64,000 nucleotides of DNA from Chrysomallon squamiferum. Taxonomy: Eukaryota; Animalia; Mollusca. Shown here one piece after another: positions 34,556-48,596 of this stretch. A program made the position numbers and the translations under genes. Each line of letters opens with the position of its first letter. The stretch's first letter is position 1. The notes under the pieces were generated by a model that saw only the letters and a program-made list of their open reading frames with translations, had not been told where the DNA came from and searched no databases. The DNA is taken from NCBI GenBank assembly GCA_012295275.1, contig CM022673.1, forward strand, positions 8,246,001 through 8,310,000. Direction: 5' to 3'.

Positions 34556-36314
34556 TAGGGTTCGCTCACCTTCAGCTGTAAAAATTTCCATAACTTTTCC
34601 AAAACTTTCCATAGTCCACAATCAGAGTTAAAACTTTTGCCTTGACTAGGATGTGTGGTATAAATGTAGGATTACTAGTAATAAAAAAAACAATATAATA
34701 TATATTTTGGTGTTTTAAAATGCAGTTTTATTCTTGGAGTGGACATGACTATGATGATTTGTAAGGCAGATTGCCAGAACTATTGCTGCACAAAAAGTTG
34801 TCGTGTTCCTTTCTCCTTATTCAATTAATAACCCATACGAAAAAAATGCCCTAAATCCTACTTTTTATGGATTTGTGGTTTGAATTATCAGTTGGACTTC
34901 TCTTTGTTTTATTATTTAACAATTTATGACCTCAATTTCATGTTTTTTTTGCTTTCACACTTTTCCTGAAACTATGAGTGAGATTTCCTTTTTTCTCAGC
35001 AGATTCTGCCAGTTCATCAGTAGATGAAGATAGGATAGGATAGGATAGGAAAAAAATTAACGTGCTAATCATTCGAAGTTTTTTAGCGGGCGTGTCCGTC
35101 GCAGACAAGATGAAGATAGTGATTAAAGTTTTTTGTAACCGGGCTCTCTTTGTCTCTAATACATTGAGTACGTTGAGACGTTTACCCCTCTTTTCATCGC
35201 TCTAAACCCCAACTCAAAAATGAAAAAAATAAAATAAAACTAACCCTATCAAACAACGCTATTTTTGTCAAAATTAAACACCCATCCACACCCTTGTAAC
35301 GCTAGATTACACACAATATAAGATAACGCTCGAAGGTCCCCCTTCCAATACTGGCACCATTTTAAAAGATCACCGTATTAATACAATATTAAAAATTAAA
35401 ATATCTGGTGTATTAAAGCATTTCAGCTGAATTTATAATTGTGTTGGGTTCACATTTACCTGAAAAAACATACATTAACGTATTTTTCAGACTATAACCC
35501 GCTACTTTTGTTTTCATATCGGAGAGGGTGGGGTTATATAACGATGCACATTATATATGAATTTTATTATCAATTTCAAATAATGTATAAGCCACTTCTG
35601 TAAGAAAGATGCGTTAGTGCATTTAAAAACTTGAACTGGTTGGAACAGCTGATTAAGTGATTTCGTTGCATTGAATCATTAATTATGTGGCGTCTGCATG
35701 TTTATACCATAATTACATAGAATAAATAAACTGGAAAACCGGGGTAGCAGTTAATTACAAACTCCTGGAAATCACAGACCCCCCCCCCCCTGGAAATTGC
35801 ACACACATAGCATCCCTATTACTCCCATCTTCTGGCACGCCATTGGCATAGACCTTGTAGGTCCGATGAATCTCAGTCAGAAGGGAAACAGCTATATACT
35901 GCAATTTTATTGTGACTGATGCAACATAAGATGATATAAAGTGTTAATCGACGGTGCATTGTTGGTCAATAAATAATTTTAAATCGGACTGTTGCTCTTG
36001 TTATTTTTTTAAGTTGTATATCACAAGTATGGGACTAGAGCTTTTTGTAATGGGAGCTAAAAAGAGAGTCAGAAAAACCCCATATTTTCGTTGCCTAGGC
36101 TAAAACAGAACCTCATTACACTGGCTAAAACGGGGCGTTGAGTTGGGGTTAAATATTGGTGAAACAAACCAGTTTTTGATACATTTTATTTACGGCAAAG
36201 ACATCATTTTCCATAACTTTTCCATAACCAAGGTAACAAAACCTGATTTTCCAAAACTTTTAAGGTCCTGGAAAAACTTCCAAAACTTTCCAGGACTTTC
36301 CAAAACGAACCCTG
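34556..36314. mobile_element. Non-autonomous TIR DNA element (about 1.76 kb) with subterminal TTCCA(T/A/G)-type repeats; superfamily unassigned
   Basis: Termini TAGGGTTCG... and ...CGAACCCTG. Clustered TTCCATAAC/TTCCAAAAC/TTCCAGGAC motifs at both ends (about 34585-34612 and 36208-36306). Interior has more CpG than the flanks and a nested (GATAG)n segment near 35030. No clear TSD. Confidence 0.6.
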
Positions 36315-38527
36315 TTTTTACTTTCAGTGGGTGTTCAACTCATTGGGTGACTATTCTAACAGAGGGAAAAACAATGAGAAAATTTCACAAAACAAGAAAT
36401 TTATACTTGTGTTTTGGGCAAATCAACCCCAGTGCTTTTCTTAATCAGACAGTCCCCACACATTTTGATGTAGATGTAAATACCCTTATGGATTTAGACA
36501 GGTAAACACTGGCTTTGTATCTGAGAACAAATTGTGATATTTTATGTAAGTATCCTGCAGTGTAAAGAATCTTCTAGTGCTGTTCTATGGAGAAAATAGA
36601 GCTTTTGGATTACTTTCTGGACTGAACATTAATTTAAGAACATTTTATACTGCTGATCAACTGATTGTGAATTGATTAAAATCACAAATATAAAATCACA
36701 TGTCAAAAATATTTATGGAAGAACAAGATTAATTTTATGGGTGACAAAACAATAATCCTTTTCTGTAATAATAAGTATAGTAATTTTACCTCTATTAGTT
36801 ATTAGTCTTTTGTTTGATTCAGTGGATTTAGAGGATTTATCAGTAATAAATGCTACTAGCACTACTTAATAATAATAACAACACCTAATAATTATAATAA
36901 TAACAACACCTAATAATTATAATAATAATACAAATACTAAATAAATATATCATTCATAGGATGTTCATATACACAAACAAAACAAAGTACTAACATAAAA
37001 TATTTTTTATTAAGCATTAACAAGATGTATCTGTGTGTGTATATATATATATATATATATGTATTATCTGTATAGATCAAATGATTTTTGCTTTGTACGA
37101 TTAATGAACTTCCAGACCAATAAAAATATATATGGTGAAATAACTTCTGAAAACATGTTGATAAAAAAGATAAAAATATGAAGACAGGTGACATTCTGAT
37201 TAAAACTTGAACAATTTTCACACTGTTATCTTGTATATATCTAATTTAAACTAACATGCATTAGTGTACATATATATTGTTAAAAAAAAAAAAATTATAA
37301 ATTTTTACAAATTAACATCCATAAACCATGTGATTTAGAACACCAAACAATTTATATAATAATATACTTGAATGTACGTACAGAAACTGAATAAATACAT
37401 ACTGAGTTATTTATTAAAACAAATTGATATATCTATAATATAATAATCACAGAAAAATAACTTTAAAAAAGTACTAATAAGTATTTTTAAAACAAAAATT
37501 TATTCAATTTATTATCAGATTTTTCGATTTTTCTTTAATAATAGAACATAACAAATTATAGTTTACAAAATATTTGTGAAAATCATTTTGTTGTGTGTGT
37601 ATGTCTGCATTTGTATATATGGTTATTTATTTATCTCATTTAATAAATAATTGTTTATCTGTTTAATACTGATGGAAAACAGCTATTCTTTGTTATTTAA
37701 TTTAACAGCTATTTGGTACCAGAGAAAATCTGCTGATAACACACAGAGTTTCAATAAGATTGTGTGCTTTCCTGTTTGTTGGTAGATGCATATATAGACC
37801 TATCACTGCTAGACAAAATGAAATGTCTATATAAGGAAGTAATGTTCTTCACTTATATCATGAATAAATAAAACAGTTTCAGTCTGTTTGAGCAATATTT
37901 GGTTTTGACAGCGAAAAACTATTCAAATTAAAATGTGCTAAGCAAGTATTTGAGTGTTGCTCACCCTGGAATTTTTAATCACATGATTTTGTTCACACAT
38001 GACTAAATCTCCTTGTTTTAGTCATTTTAATAGCAAATATTTTATTCACATTTTTTAAACATCTTTGAACAATCTGAAAAAAGTAATTTGAAACAGAAAC
38101 ATTTTTAACATTTAAGTAATATAATATAGTAGTCTTAGAATTTAGACATTTAGGAAAAATGTTTTCTTTACTACAGTACAGAAAAAAATTTACAAATATC
38201 TGAGTAAAAAAGGCAGTCATCCTGTATGTTTCATTTGCATCTAAAATAATTAATTCAAAACCTCTGGATGAACTATTCACCAGTTTAAGAAGCACTCTGT
38301 TAAGTCATCTTCAAACCCACATACATTCATCAGATTTAGTTATTTATAAAATATATTTGCTAAATTCAGTTTTGATCTCCATTTTATCTATATAATATGG
38401 TTATGCTCAAGTTTGGCATAATTATATAATTCATTTTAATTACAATGCAGAAAATAATAAAAATATTCATAATAAAAAAATAATTTAATTTTTTTATAAT
38501 TTTTATAATAATAATAATAATAATAAC

Positions 38528-38569
<42 letters not shown>

Positions 38570-38928
38570 TATTATTATTATTATAAAACTTGAACATTTT
38601 ACTAATATAAAAAAAAATCAACTAAAAAAAAAAAGAAAAAGTAATCCAAAAAATGTGAATACAGAAAGTATGTAAATACAAAAATAGATCTTAACATTCA
38701 AATGAATGTATACAACAGATGCATAATTTTTTTTATTTTTTTTGTGCATGGTTTAACCCTGTAAAAGAGAGGAAAACAGAAAAGAAAGATATATTTAAAA
38801 AATAATGAGCAAATATAATTAAAGTATAATATTTTGAAAAACAAAACAATATCAACACATAAAACCTTATAAAAAAAAAATGTTATTTAAATGTAATGCA
38901 CATTCAATTCATTAAAAAAAAAGTTTTA

Positions 38929-39434
38929 TTACACTTTTAGATTTATTATAATAAACATATTACACAGAGGGCACCTTGTGAATGACATCACAGTTAAATG
39001 TTCTCTTTTTTTTCCTTTTTCTCTTTTTTACACTTTTAAAAATCATCCTGCTTTATTATTTTATGTTATTCACAGCATAATCACTAACTGGCCAATTTAT
39101 CTGAATATCCATATCAAGAATAAAAAATGGCATATTTTTAATAAAAGATTTTAATGTAGACTAAAATGACATACTTTACAACAGTTTTTATTAATAGTCT
39201 TGCTGGGTCTAAACTTATTTTTATTTACACTTTTAGATTTAATGTTATAATAAATTAAATACAGGGCACCATGTGAATGGCATCATAGTAAAATGTTTAT
39301 TTTTCTTTTCCTTTTTTTTTTTTTTTTTTCAGTTTCAAAAATTATCCTTACATGCACTGCTTTATTATTTTATATTAGTCACAACATAATCACTGATTGG
39401 CCAATTTATGTGAATATCCATATCAGGAATAAAA
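38929..39434. repeat. Diverged local direct duplication of about 200 bp
   Basis: TTACACTTTTAGATTT...GGGCACC...GGCCAATTTAT...GAATATCCATATCA occurs at about 38929-39126 and about 39225-39434. Confidence 0.85.
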
Positions 39435-41643
39435 ATGTCAGCACTGTTTAAGCAACAATCAAATATCACACACACTTGATTAAAACAAATAAAACATAAG
39501 TAATTTTTAATCATACAATTAAGAAAAATTCTGTAGTGGATACATACAGCATTGTTGTCCTATATACAGAAATTCTCAGAAGCAAAATAATTTGGACTTT
39601 TTAATAATAGCTGAGGGAACATTTAAAAACATGCTCAGAAAGAAAAAATATATCTTTAAATTCAGAAGTGAAGGAGTGTTTTATTGCAAAGGAATAATAA
39701 ATACTTGTAAGAGTGGAAACATTTTATAAATTTTGTTTTTAACAGATTTGAACCTATGCACAACACATTTTAAAAAAATTGGTGAAACTTGACAAATAAC
39801 ATAGCAACAAACCCACTGAATAAAATAAACTGAAACAAAAATATCCATATTTAAAGGTAATCATTATAATATAAATATTTATCAGAATATGTTCCCACCT
39901 GCTGTATCTTTGTGATACAAATAATGTGTCCATTTTGACTGGTTCATTGCATACCATTTCATCACAGACTAGCATTGTGTATAGCATTATGGTCCCTAAC
40001 AAACAGCTGTGCATTTAAAAACTGACAATATATTTTAAAAACCCACTAATTCATACAAACACAACAAACATTCAACTTAACATATATACAATATTCAGAA
40101 TATACATAAATAAACTTTGTGCCATTAAACAATGGTAAAATTCTTTTAAAAATTGAACACACCAAAATATTATTAAATATTTTGATATAAAATTTTAAAT
40201 ACTCATTAATATGTTATATGTAAAAAAAAAAAAAAAAGTTTTGGCTATGTTATTTATTTTCATTAATTCAGAACTGGCCATTAAATTAAACTGATGATTA
40301 AATGAATATATTTATTTATGGTTTCAGTTTTCTGATAAATAAACATTTACATTATATATCAGAATATTGATGTGTTACATAATTATCAAACCCACATACA
40401 TACTATAATTTAATTATTATCTGTATGATCAGTTCTTCTCAGTACATATACTGATATTCTGCATTTGGGTATCAAAAAAGCCCTTGCAAACATAACAGCT
40501 TGCTGAAGATCATTAACTAATCAATAAAAACAATATTAGAGCACTTTTTTCCCTTGACATTTCATGAAAATACTGAATGAAAATACCTAGCTGTAACAAA
40601 CAGTAGGTACAGATTTTATTAAAATGTCATGATTAAATAAATTGTCATTCCAATTTATTTAACAGACTGATAATTGTAGCAATGCTGGAATATTGCTAGT
40701 TTTGGTCCAAATAGAAGAACAATATCAGTAAAAAAATAATAATAATAAAAAAAAGAAAAATATTATATAATTTATTACCCGATAATAATACTGAGAAAAT
40801 GTTTTATCAAAACATGAAATAAAGAGATATAATGGTTACACAATAAAAATAAAACAAATTGTCAACTCTTTTCTGAATAATACTTATTTCTCCATATAAT
40901 GTATGTAATATATAATTACAATGGTATTTCAGTTCTGTGAATTTACAATGTATAAAATAATCACTAAATTTTATTTTTGCTGTGTATATTTTTTTAATTT
41001 TAAAATTTTTTTGATAATACAAATAGAATGACAATCTTTGATTACATACACAGTGGTTAAATTTTATATAAGATCTGTCATTGGCTTAATGTGTGCAATG
41101 TATGAAAAGATTACAATAAAAACTAAATTCATTCTGACAGGAATCATATATAATACATAAAACTGGATAATGTTATTCTGTTTAAAAACAAGTTAAAAAG
41201 GAAAAATCCATTAGTATTAAAATATTCAGTGAAATTACACATATTTGCTTTTTAACATAAAACAATTTTTCAAAATATTTATGGCAAGGTTTCATCACAT
41301 AAAATATGTCAACATTGATACAGATATACATATATCTATAAATATGTGCATGTACAAATGAACACACAAAAGCATGTGCACATATAAATAAACAACAAAT
41401 GGTTTATAACTGTCGTACAGGTTGTCAAAAGAGAAAACAATTTAAAATAACAATAATGGCCTGTAATGGTTCAAATATAAAGAAAAATATATCTAATAGC
41501 CAGAAAGAGATCACATGCAATCAAAAGTGAAAATAGAGGCCATTTGAATGGACTTCAAAATATAATTTATAAATATGTCATAAAATATAATAGTATTTTA
41601 AAATTTTCTTTTTCTTAAATTTTTGTGAAAATAAGATTTCCTT

Positions 41644-42127
41644 TTAAACTTTTCTACGTCTGCTTTTGTTATGAGTATGATTAACATAATTAGCATTTTC
41701 CTTTATTTTCTTTTTGTTGTTGTTTGTAATTTCCTTCTTACTGTGCACACCATTGCTAAGGCTCTTTTTGCTTGATTTATAAGTTAATTTGTGTAAAATA
41801 TAGGCAATGTATGTACCAAGGAATCCCCCAACCCAGTAAACAAAAATGTGTTCTAACACAGAGGTGCCATGGCAACCAAAAGTCAAGCCTGATGCCATTA
41901 CTGGATGCAAGTACATACCAGTCATATGAACACCTGAAAATACAAAACAAAATCAAATGAACAAAAGAATATTAATAATTAGAAGTGTGATTTTGGAATA
42001 AGTAAATTAATTAATATTTTAAATGTTCCTCCCAAATCAAAATTTTTCTTTCTTTCTTTTTAAAAAATATTTAAAACCATTATTTTAATAGTTAAAGAAA
42101 AACTATACAACATTTACTGTTACGAGA

Positions 42128-42184
<57 letters not shown>

Positions 42185-45100
42185 CCTGTACCTACAGTCT
42201 AAGGGAAACCAATTAACAAAAATTAAATTACTGATAATATGATTAATCTTCCTGTTAAATAAAATGCACTCCACAGTAAGAAGAATACAAGCTATATGTT
42301 AGTACAGAACTTATATCATCTGTTTATAAACACTTATTATGTCTTATAACATCTATTTATAACCCATGCTGTAATTTATAATACCTAGTATATCATATAT
42401 TATGGTGTTTCTCTAGCAGAATACATGTGTCATCCTATCTTTAAAAAATGTTTAAGAAATGTTTTTCATTTTATCACTACATTAGCTATAGGTTTAGGTT
42501 TACAGTTACAATTATGATTAGAGAAAGGTAAGAGAAGAGTAAGCTTATTAGAAATTATTTTTCTTTTATTGTATTTGCATTGTAAGGTGACCATTTAAAA
42601 AAAAAATATATATACATTTTTTTGTTCTTCTTGGGCCTATTATATTACATGTATTGCATCAGTACTATTATTTCAGCTTTTGGAAGCAACCCAGATATGA
42701 TTTTATTTATTATTATTATTATTTTTTTTATTTAGCTTTTTTAATGTATGAACTAAAACCTCAAATAAAAAAAAATTATAATGCAACTCGGTCAAGTGAA
42801 ACACAATACCCTCACATTTCTTTAAGCTTGTGGTTTGTATTCCAGTGGGGGTTTCAGATTAATAATAGGGATAAAACAGACCATCATAACAGGTGAGGTG
42901 GGTTTTTGTTTTTTTTTAAATTTATTTTTGCTATAAAATATAATACATTGCCAAGTCATGAAACAGAATCAGGTAAAATGTTGTACTTTCCAGTTACAGT
43001 GTCAAGGCTAACTCTAAAATACTAGGGAATGAAAATCTAGTTTATTGTTCAACATAAACTGGTTATTCCTTCAATTTTATAGTTTAAAAAATACCTGTTC
43101 AACCTGTTTTGTCTGAATGAAAGAGAAAAGGAGGCAAAAAAAACCCCAAAAAAATAATAATAATAAATAATTGATTTCTGTGATGTTTTTGTGATGTATG
43201 CTGAGATTGTATCCTGGCACTGACTCCTAACCAGAACTAACTGTTTTTACTTGATGTCATATTTTTATTTATTTTTTTATTTATTTACTTACTTACTTAT
43301 TAGTTTATTTTATGCTATCTTCATATTTACCATTTTGTAAATACATTTTCTTAGATAAAAATTACATTTGTTTTGGTATCTTTTTTGGAAATGAAAATAA
43401 AAAGTTTTTATTGTTTACAAAGTGTTGTTATGTGGCTATTGTTTAAAATCACATATATCTATGATGGAAATAATTCATTTCATAAGCTTGAATGGTTCGG
43501 GTTTTTTTCTCTGATATATATGCCATATTAATTATTATGAATTATCAGTCAAAACGAGAGATTGTGGATGTGCAGGATATTACTATACCCTTTTCACTTC
43601 AACCAGTCATGTAACACTATGGTGAGAAAACACACGCTTTTATGGATGGATAATACACAGCACAATATAATGAGCTAGTATTTTTTATAATTTTATTATG
43701 ATTATTTTTTTTAACTGTATACATTAAATAAACTGTTTAATTGCACTTTTATTAATAATGCAGATGTTACTTCTCGATAAATGTATGTGTTGACATTTAT
43801 CATGTATAATGTAATATTTATTGTGAGTAACATATTGTTTAACATGTGATAATAAAACAGGGCTGGATTAATTTACTTACAAATGAATTCATTTTGTTCA
43901 GCACAAGATCTTGATTTATGAGTAAAGTATTTTTATATATCTTAGAGCAAATAACTGGATATATTACACACACCGATTCAGCTTATATTCTAGCTACTCT
44001 TTACAATAAAAAATAAATAAATAAATAAAAAAAAAAACTGTTTTAGCAATGAATAGCTTAATTCAATAACAGAAGAGACAGCATATGAAAGTAAAGTTTG
44101 TTTAAAAAAACTGGATGCATTTTATTTAATGGAATTATGTTACTTATCCACCACCCAAGCATAATGCAGAGCGTATTTGGTTAAACGGAATGTGTTACTT
44201 ACCCACACACACAAAATTCTATCTGACTTTGTATAATAGCATTATATATTTACAAGCACATGCATAACAATAGAGCATGAAATAACTTCTTAATCTATAC
44301 CAGCTGGTGCACAGAGAACCACACCAGTCCAGAAATTTTATTATCAAACAATTTAACCAAAGTTGGCTTCGATTTACAGTCATTATCCCAAGAAATGGGT
44401 TTTGTTTGTTTGTTTATTTTTTTTATTTATTTGACTTTGGTTCTAGGTGTGTATTGAATTGATTACCAGTAAAGTGTCCTTCAAATAAACAATATATATT
44501 TCACATTTGGATGCTGTTAAAAGAACATGTGCAACAAAAGTTATTCTAAAATAAAGCTGACCTATAGAAGAAGGAAATTGTACCTACCAGCACATACAAG
44601 TAAAGCTCCATTCAAAACTTTCACTGCCCTGTCTAGGAAGGAATTTTTGAAAATAGGCAGAAAGGAGACAATAGTATCAAAAGTCACACCAGACATTTCA
44701 ATGAGAAAACCCACTGACACTGAAACGGTTAAATCGGTCATGCAGTCATTTTCATGCAGTTTGATCACATGCGAAGGATGGAGTTCCAGAATCCACACAA
44801 CACTGGCCAAACGGTAGGACGCAAAACCAGCCGCAGTCTGGACAACAGTGCGAGCCGCCATTACCACAGCGGAGTGTTTTTTGTCAAGAAACTCCAGGAA
44901 GACTGCCAGAGGGGAAGAGCATCCTTCTTTGAAAGTTCTTTGGGTCAGGAGTACTAGAGGGACAGCAGCAAAGCAGTATCCTATGTGTCCGTGGGTTTCA
45001 CGGATTAGTCCATGTCCATAACGGGTACGTGCAGATGACAAGTGTTTTGAAGAAATCTGCACTGTACAGATGCAGAGACTTAGGAAGGATCAGTGTTGAG

Positions 45101-45204
45101 ATGCTGTAGAGCACAAAGCAGACAAAAAAGGCCACAGAGTAGATGAGAATGGAGGCAGCAACTGGGGGCAGGTCACCCTCGAGCCACATGTCTTCAAGGT
45201 TCAT
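41644..45204 (-). CDS. AQP12: Unorthodox (AQP11/12-like, S-type) aquaporin, 2 coding exons, about 301 aa after correcting a 1-nt frameshift
   Basis: Exon 1 45204-44588 with an extra base at about 45020, exon 2 41933-41644. Multiple hydrophobic helices. TGMYLHPVMASGLTFGC matches the S-aquaporin spacing NPA-X8-C, followed by HIFVYWVGGFLG. First box reads GCSSPLAVF. AQP11 versus AQP12 orthology cannot be resolved. Confidence 0.85.
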
Positions 45205-45734
45205 TATCTGTAAGATCAAGATATGCACTGACAGTGAATACATATTTTAGAAAAAAATATTATCAGTAATACCAAGATATATATTGTTAGTAAATACATT
45301 TTTAAAAAACAGTATTATCTGTAAAACCAAGATATACATTGTTAGTAATAAAAGTGATGTTATTAATAATAATAAGGTATAAATTGTTAGTGAATAAATA
45401 ATAAAAGTGATATTATTAATAATAATAAGGTATAAATTGTTGGTGAATAAATAATAAAAATGGATATTGTCTGTACTAGTAAAATAAACTATGTTTTTTG
45501 TTTTTTACAAAAGATTCTGTAATATCAAATTATACATTGTTAGAGAATAAATATTGAAAAATATATTATCATTAGTGAATAATATATAAAAACTTTGTAA
45601 CACCAAAACACTGTGCGTAAAATATACCAGCTATCTCATATGTTGTAACAAATCATGCTCGTTAAAATATGGTATTAACTATAATTATAATTTAAATACA
45701 TTATCTCTTAAATGGATATAAATTTTATATACTC

Positions 45735-46115
45735 AAAAATATGTTAATAAGAATATCTAAAAACACAATGTTAACAAGAATATTTATAGGTGTCATTTAT
45801 CTAAACACACAATGTTTGTAACTGTATCAGTGTATGTACAGTGTCAGTTATCTAAAAACAAAATGTTCATCAAAATGTACAGTTTCAATTATCAATAAAC
45901 ACAGTGTTTTTAACTGTATCTACAGTTAGTTATCGAAAAACACAATGTTCATAACAAAATGTACCATCAGTTGTCTAAAAACAGAGTTCATAATAATATG
46001 TACATTGTCAGTATAAAAAAATAAAATGTTCATAACAATTCATACAGTGTCAGTTATCTTAAACACCATATTTATAACAATATATAAAGTGTCAGATATT
46101 TAAAAACACAACCTT
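45735..46115. repeat. Degenerate minisatellite (about 43-50 bp unit, GTGTCAGTTATCTAAAAACACAATGTTCATAACA-like)
   Basis: About 8 diverged copies upstream of the aquaporin ATG. Confidence 0.8.
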
Positions 46116-46363
46116 CATGACGATCTCGATTACAAATAACTTCCCTGTAAAAACACATTAAACACTGACAGATATGATTAAAAATAGCCTACATACTGTT
46201 AGAAGCGGCATAAGAAAATAAGAAATAAATGTATCTATGTAAAGGATCAGTAATTCTGAAAAACTGATTTAACTTTTGCTGGAATTAAAATCTAATAAAT
46301 TATGACTTGATATCAAAGATACTCTAAAACGATAGTGATAATAATTTTAAAAAAAATATATAA

Positions 46364-46400
<37 letters not shown>

Positions 46401-46770
46401 GAATAAAAAAAGAAAATAAATAAATAAATAAATAATTCTTAAAAAAAAAAGTAGCAGCAAAAGATTTTTTTAACCCAGTGAAAAGATTACCTTGATTAAG
46501 TTAAGAAACACTGTGCAGAGCTGGTGAGTATAAATTGGCTAACTTCCCATTACTGATTAGGCTGGAGACAGATGTCTTTGAAATTTCCGAGAAGCACATA
46601 AAAACCTGTTAAAAACACACTCCAGTTTCTGTAAGCGAAGAGGAAATATTTATTAGTTTCATTTACTTTTTGTGGAGGTGTAACAGTTTCAAAATGTATT
46701 CCCTTGTTCTGAGTAAGAAAGTCGAAAGTATTAATTATTTCTGAATAACAGTTTTAAAATATGTCTGTTG

Positions 46771-46968
46771 ATGATGAAAACCCCAGAAAACTTCACTTCG
46801 TCTTTGAAAATCACCTCTGCTTCAACAATGGGTTCCTTGGATACACACACACATGCAGCTTAATGTGAAACTTACCTCTAAGGAAAAGTTACCTTATACC
46901 CTTCAATGGGTCATGCTTTTTAAATCTGATAAAAAATAATGCGACCGTACAAATCTGTTTGTAGCTAA
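46771..46968 (+). repeat. Dispersed repeat fragment, copy 1 (copy 2 at about 51160-51362)
   Basis: TGATGAAAACCCC...GAAAACTTCACTT...CGTCTTTGAAAAT...ATGCAGCTTAAT...TCTGATAAAA...AATGCGACC...GCTAAC is shared in direct orientation. Confidence 0.8.
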
Positions 46969-48208
46969 CACAATTGTTATAACCCAGTAATAATAGTATC
47001 TCTGTCACTTCTGAGTCACAACTTCAGTTATAAAACATCAATTTAGGGTCGGAAGATTGCAGCTTAGCTGTTACAGAATTGATCTACCCAGTAATAAGGG
47101 TAATTGACTATTTTATATTAAAAACAACATTAATCGCTTGTAATTTCATGACTAGAAGAAATTTGCATATAACTTGTTGCTAAAAATGGAACAACAATAA
47201 TAAAATGGCAGCAGTGTGTGTCCCTTCTGGTTATACAAAAACTACTGTTTGACATCCATTGAATTTTAATAATAAAATGTGCTAAGCTGTCATTAAAGAA
47301 ATATTAATTCATTCATTCTTGTTCAAATATTAATTCAGTCAGTCTTATCAAAATGTGCTCTTGAACAGCTATTTCAAAATGTGCTCCATAGCTTTTTTTA
47401 TTTGCCTCTGCTCATGGTTCTCACACAAAACCTCAATGGAGATTTATGGAAATATTACATACTTCCAATCACCAGATTTAAATGATTTTATGGACCTTTC
47501 AAGGACAATAATGATTACTTTCCAACACATCTGTACATTCACATCTGACTTTCTAACAAAATATTGTTTCAGAATAAATACTGATACCAGAAAACTGTAC
47601 AACGGAACATTTTAAATATCGTAACATGTTCATTTTTTATGGCCTTTTAATTTGTTGAACATTTTCATGAAATGTATGAGTACTTAAATTTGACAACTTT
47701 CAAATGCTTGCCTTTTGTGAGTTTTAAGGATCATGTGAACTAAAATATAGGTTTATGTAAGATTGTATTGTCATCAATTTCATACTGAAACAACAACAGT
47801 ACTGCAGTAATTATTTACAGAAACAGAAAAAAAAAAAAAAAAAAGGAAGAAAACCAATTAGAAAACCAATAAAAATTAAATCAATTGTTAAAATGGTGCA
47901 AGTATTCCATTACATGCAGCGATAATACAATGCTCACAGACATTAAACAAATATGATAAATAAATAACTAAAAACTAGTAGATTATTATTACTATTGCTG
48001 TTGCTACCACTTTTACTTCCAATACTACTACTAACAGTAAAATAATTAGTTAAGAATAATAATTTCTAAGCCATATATCTGTGTATATTATGCTTGACAC
48101 AGTTAAATGCAAATGACATTTATTTTATATATTCAGCACTAGCAAAAAAATAAGACTTTATTTCAAAATAGTTAAATAGAAACTGTAATGATGATGATGA
48201 AGATGATG

Positions 48209-48245
<37 letters not shown>

Positions 48246-48551
48246 AAACAAGCACTGTGTTTTTAATTTGTGGGCCTATACACAATACATAATAAAATGC
48301 AATTTTGTATATTTTGATTAATCTCCATTAGCAAGCAAAGAAAATATTTTCCATCAAAATAATTAAACTGAAATAATAAATAAATAAATAATGTCTTACA
48401 TGGCATGTGTATATATATATCTGATCTAGAAAAGTACTAATTATCTTAGGGATGGTACATAACTGATTGTTACAAAAAGGTTCAAGGAGTGTCTCTTAAG
48501 TATTAGCATGAAAAGACTGGCACTCTGGACAAATTTATGCCTGTCTTATAA

Positions 48552-48596
<45 letters not shown>

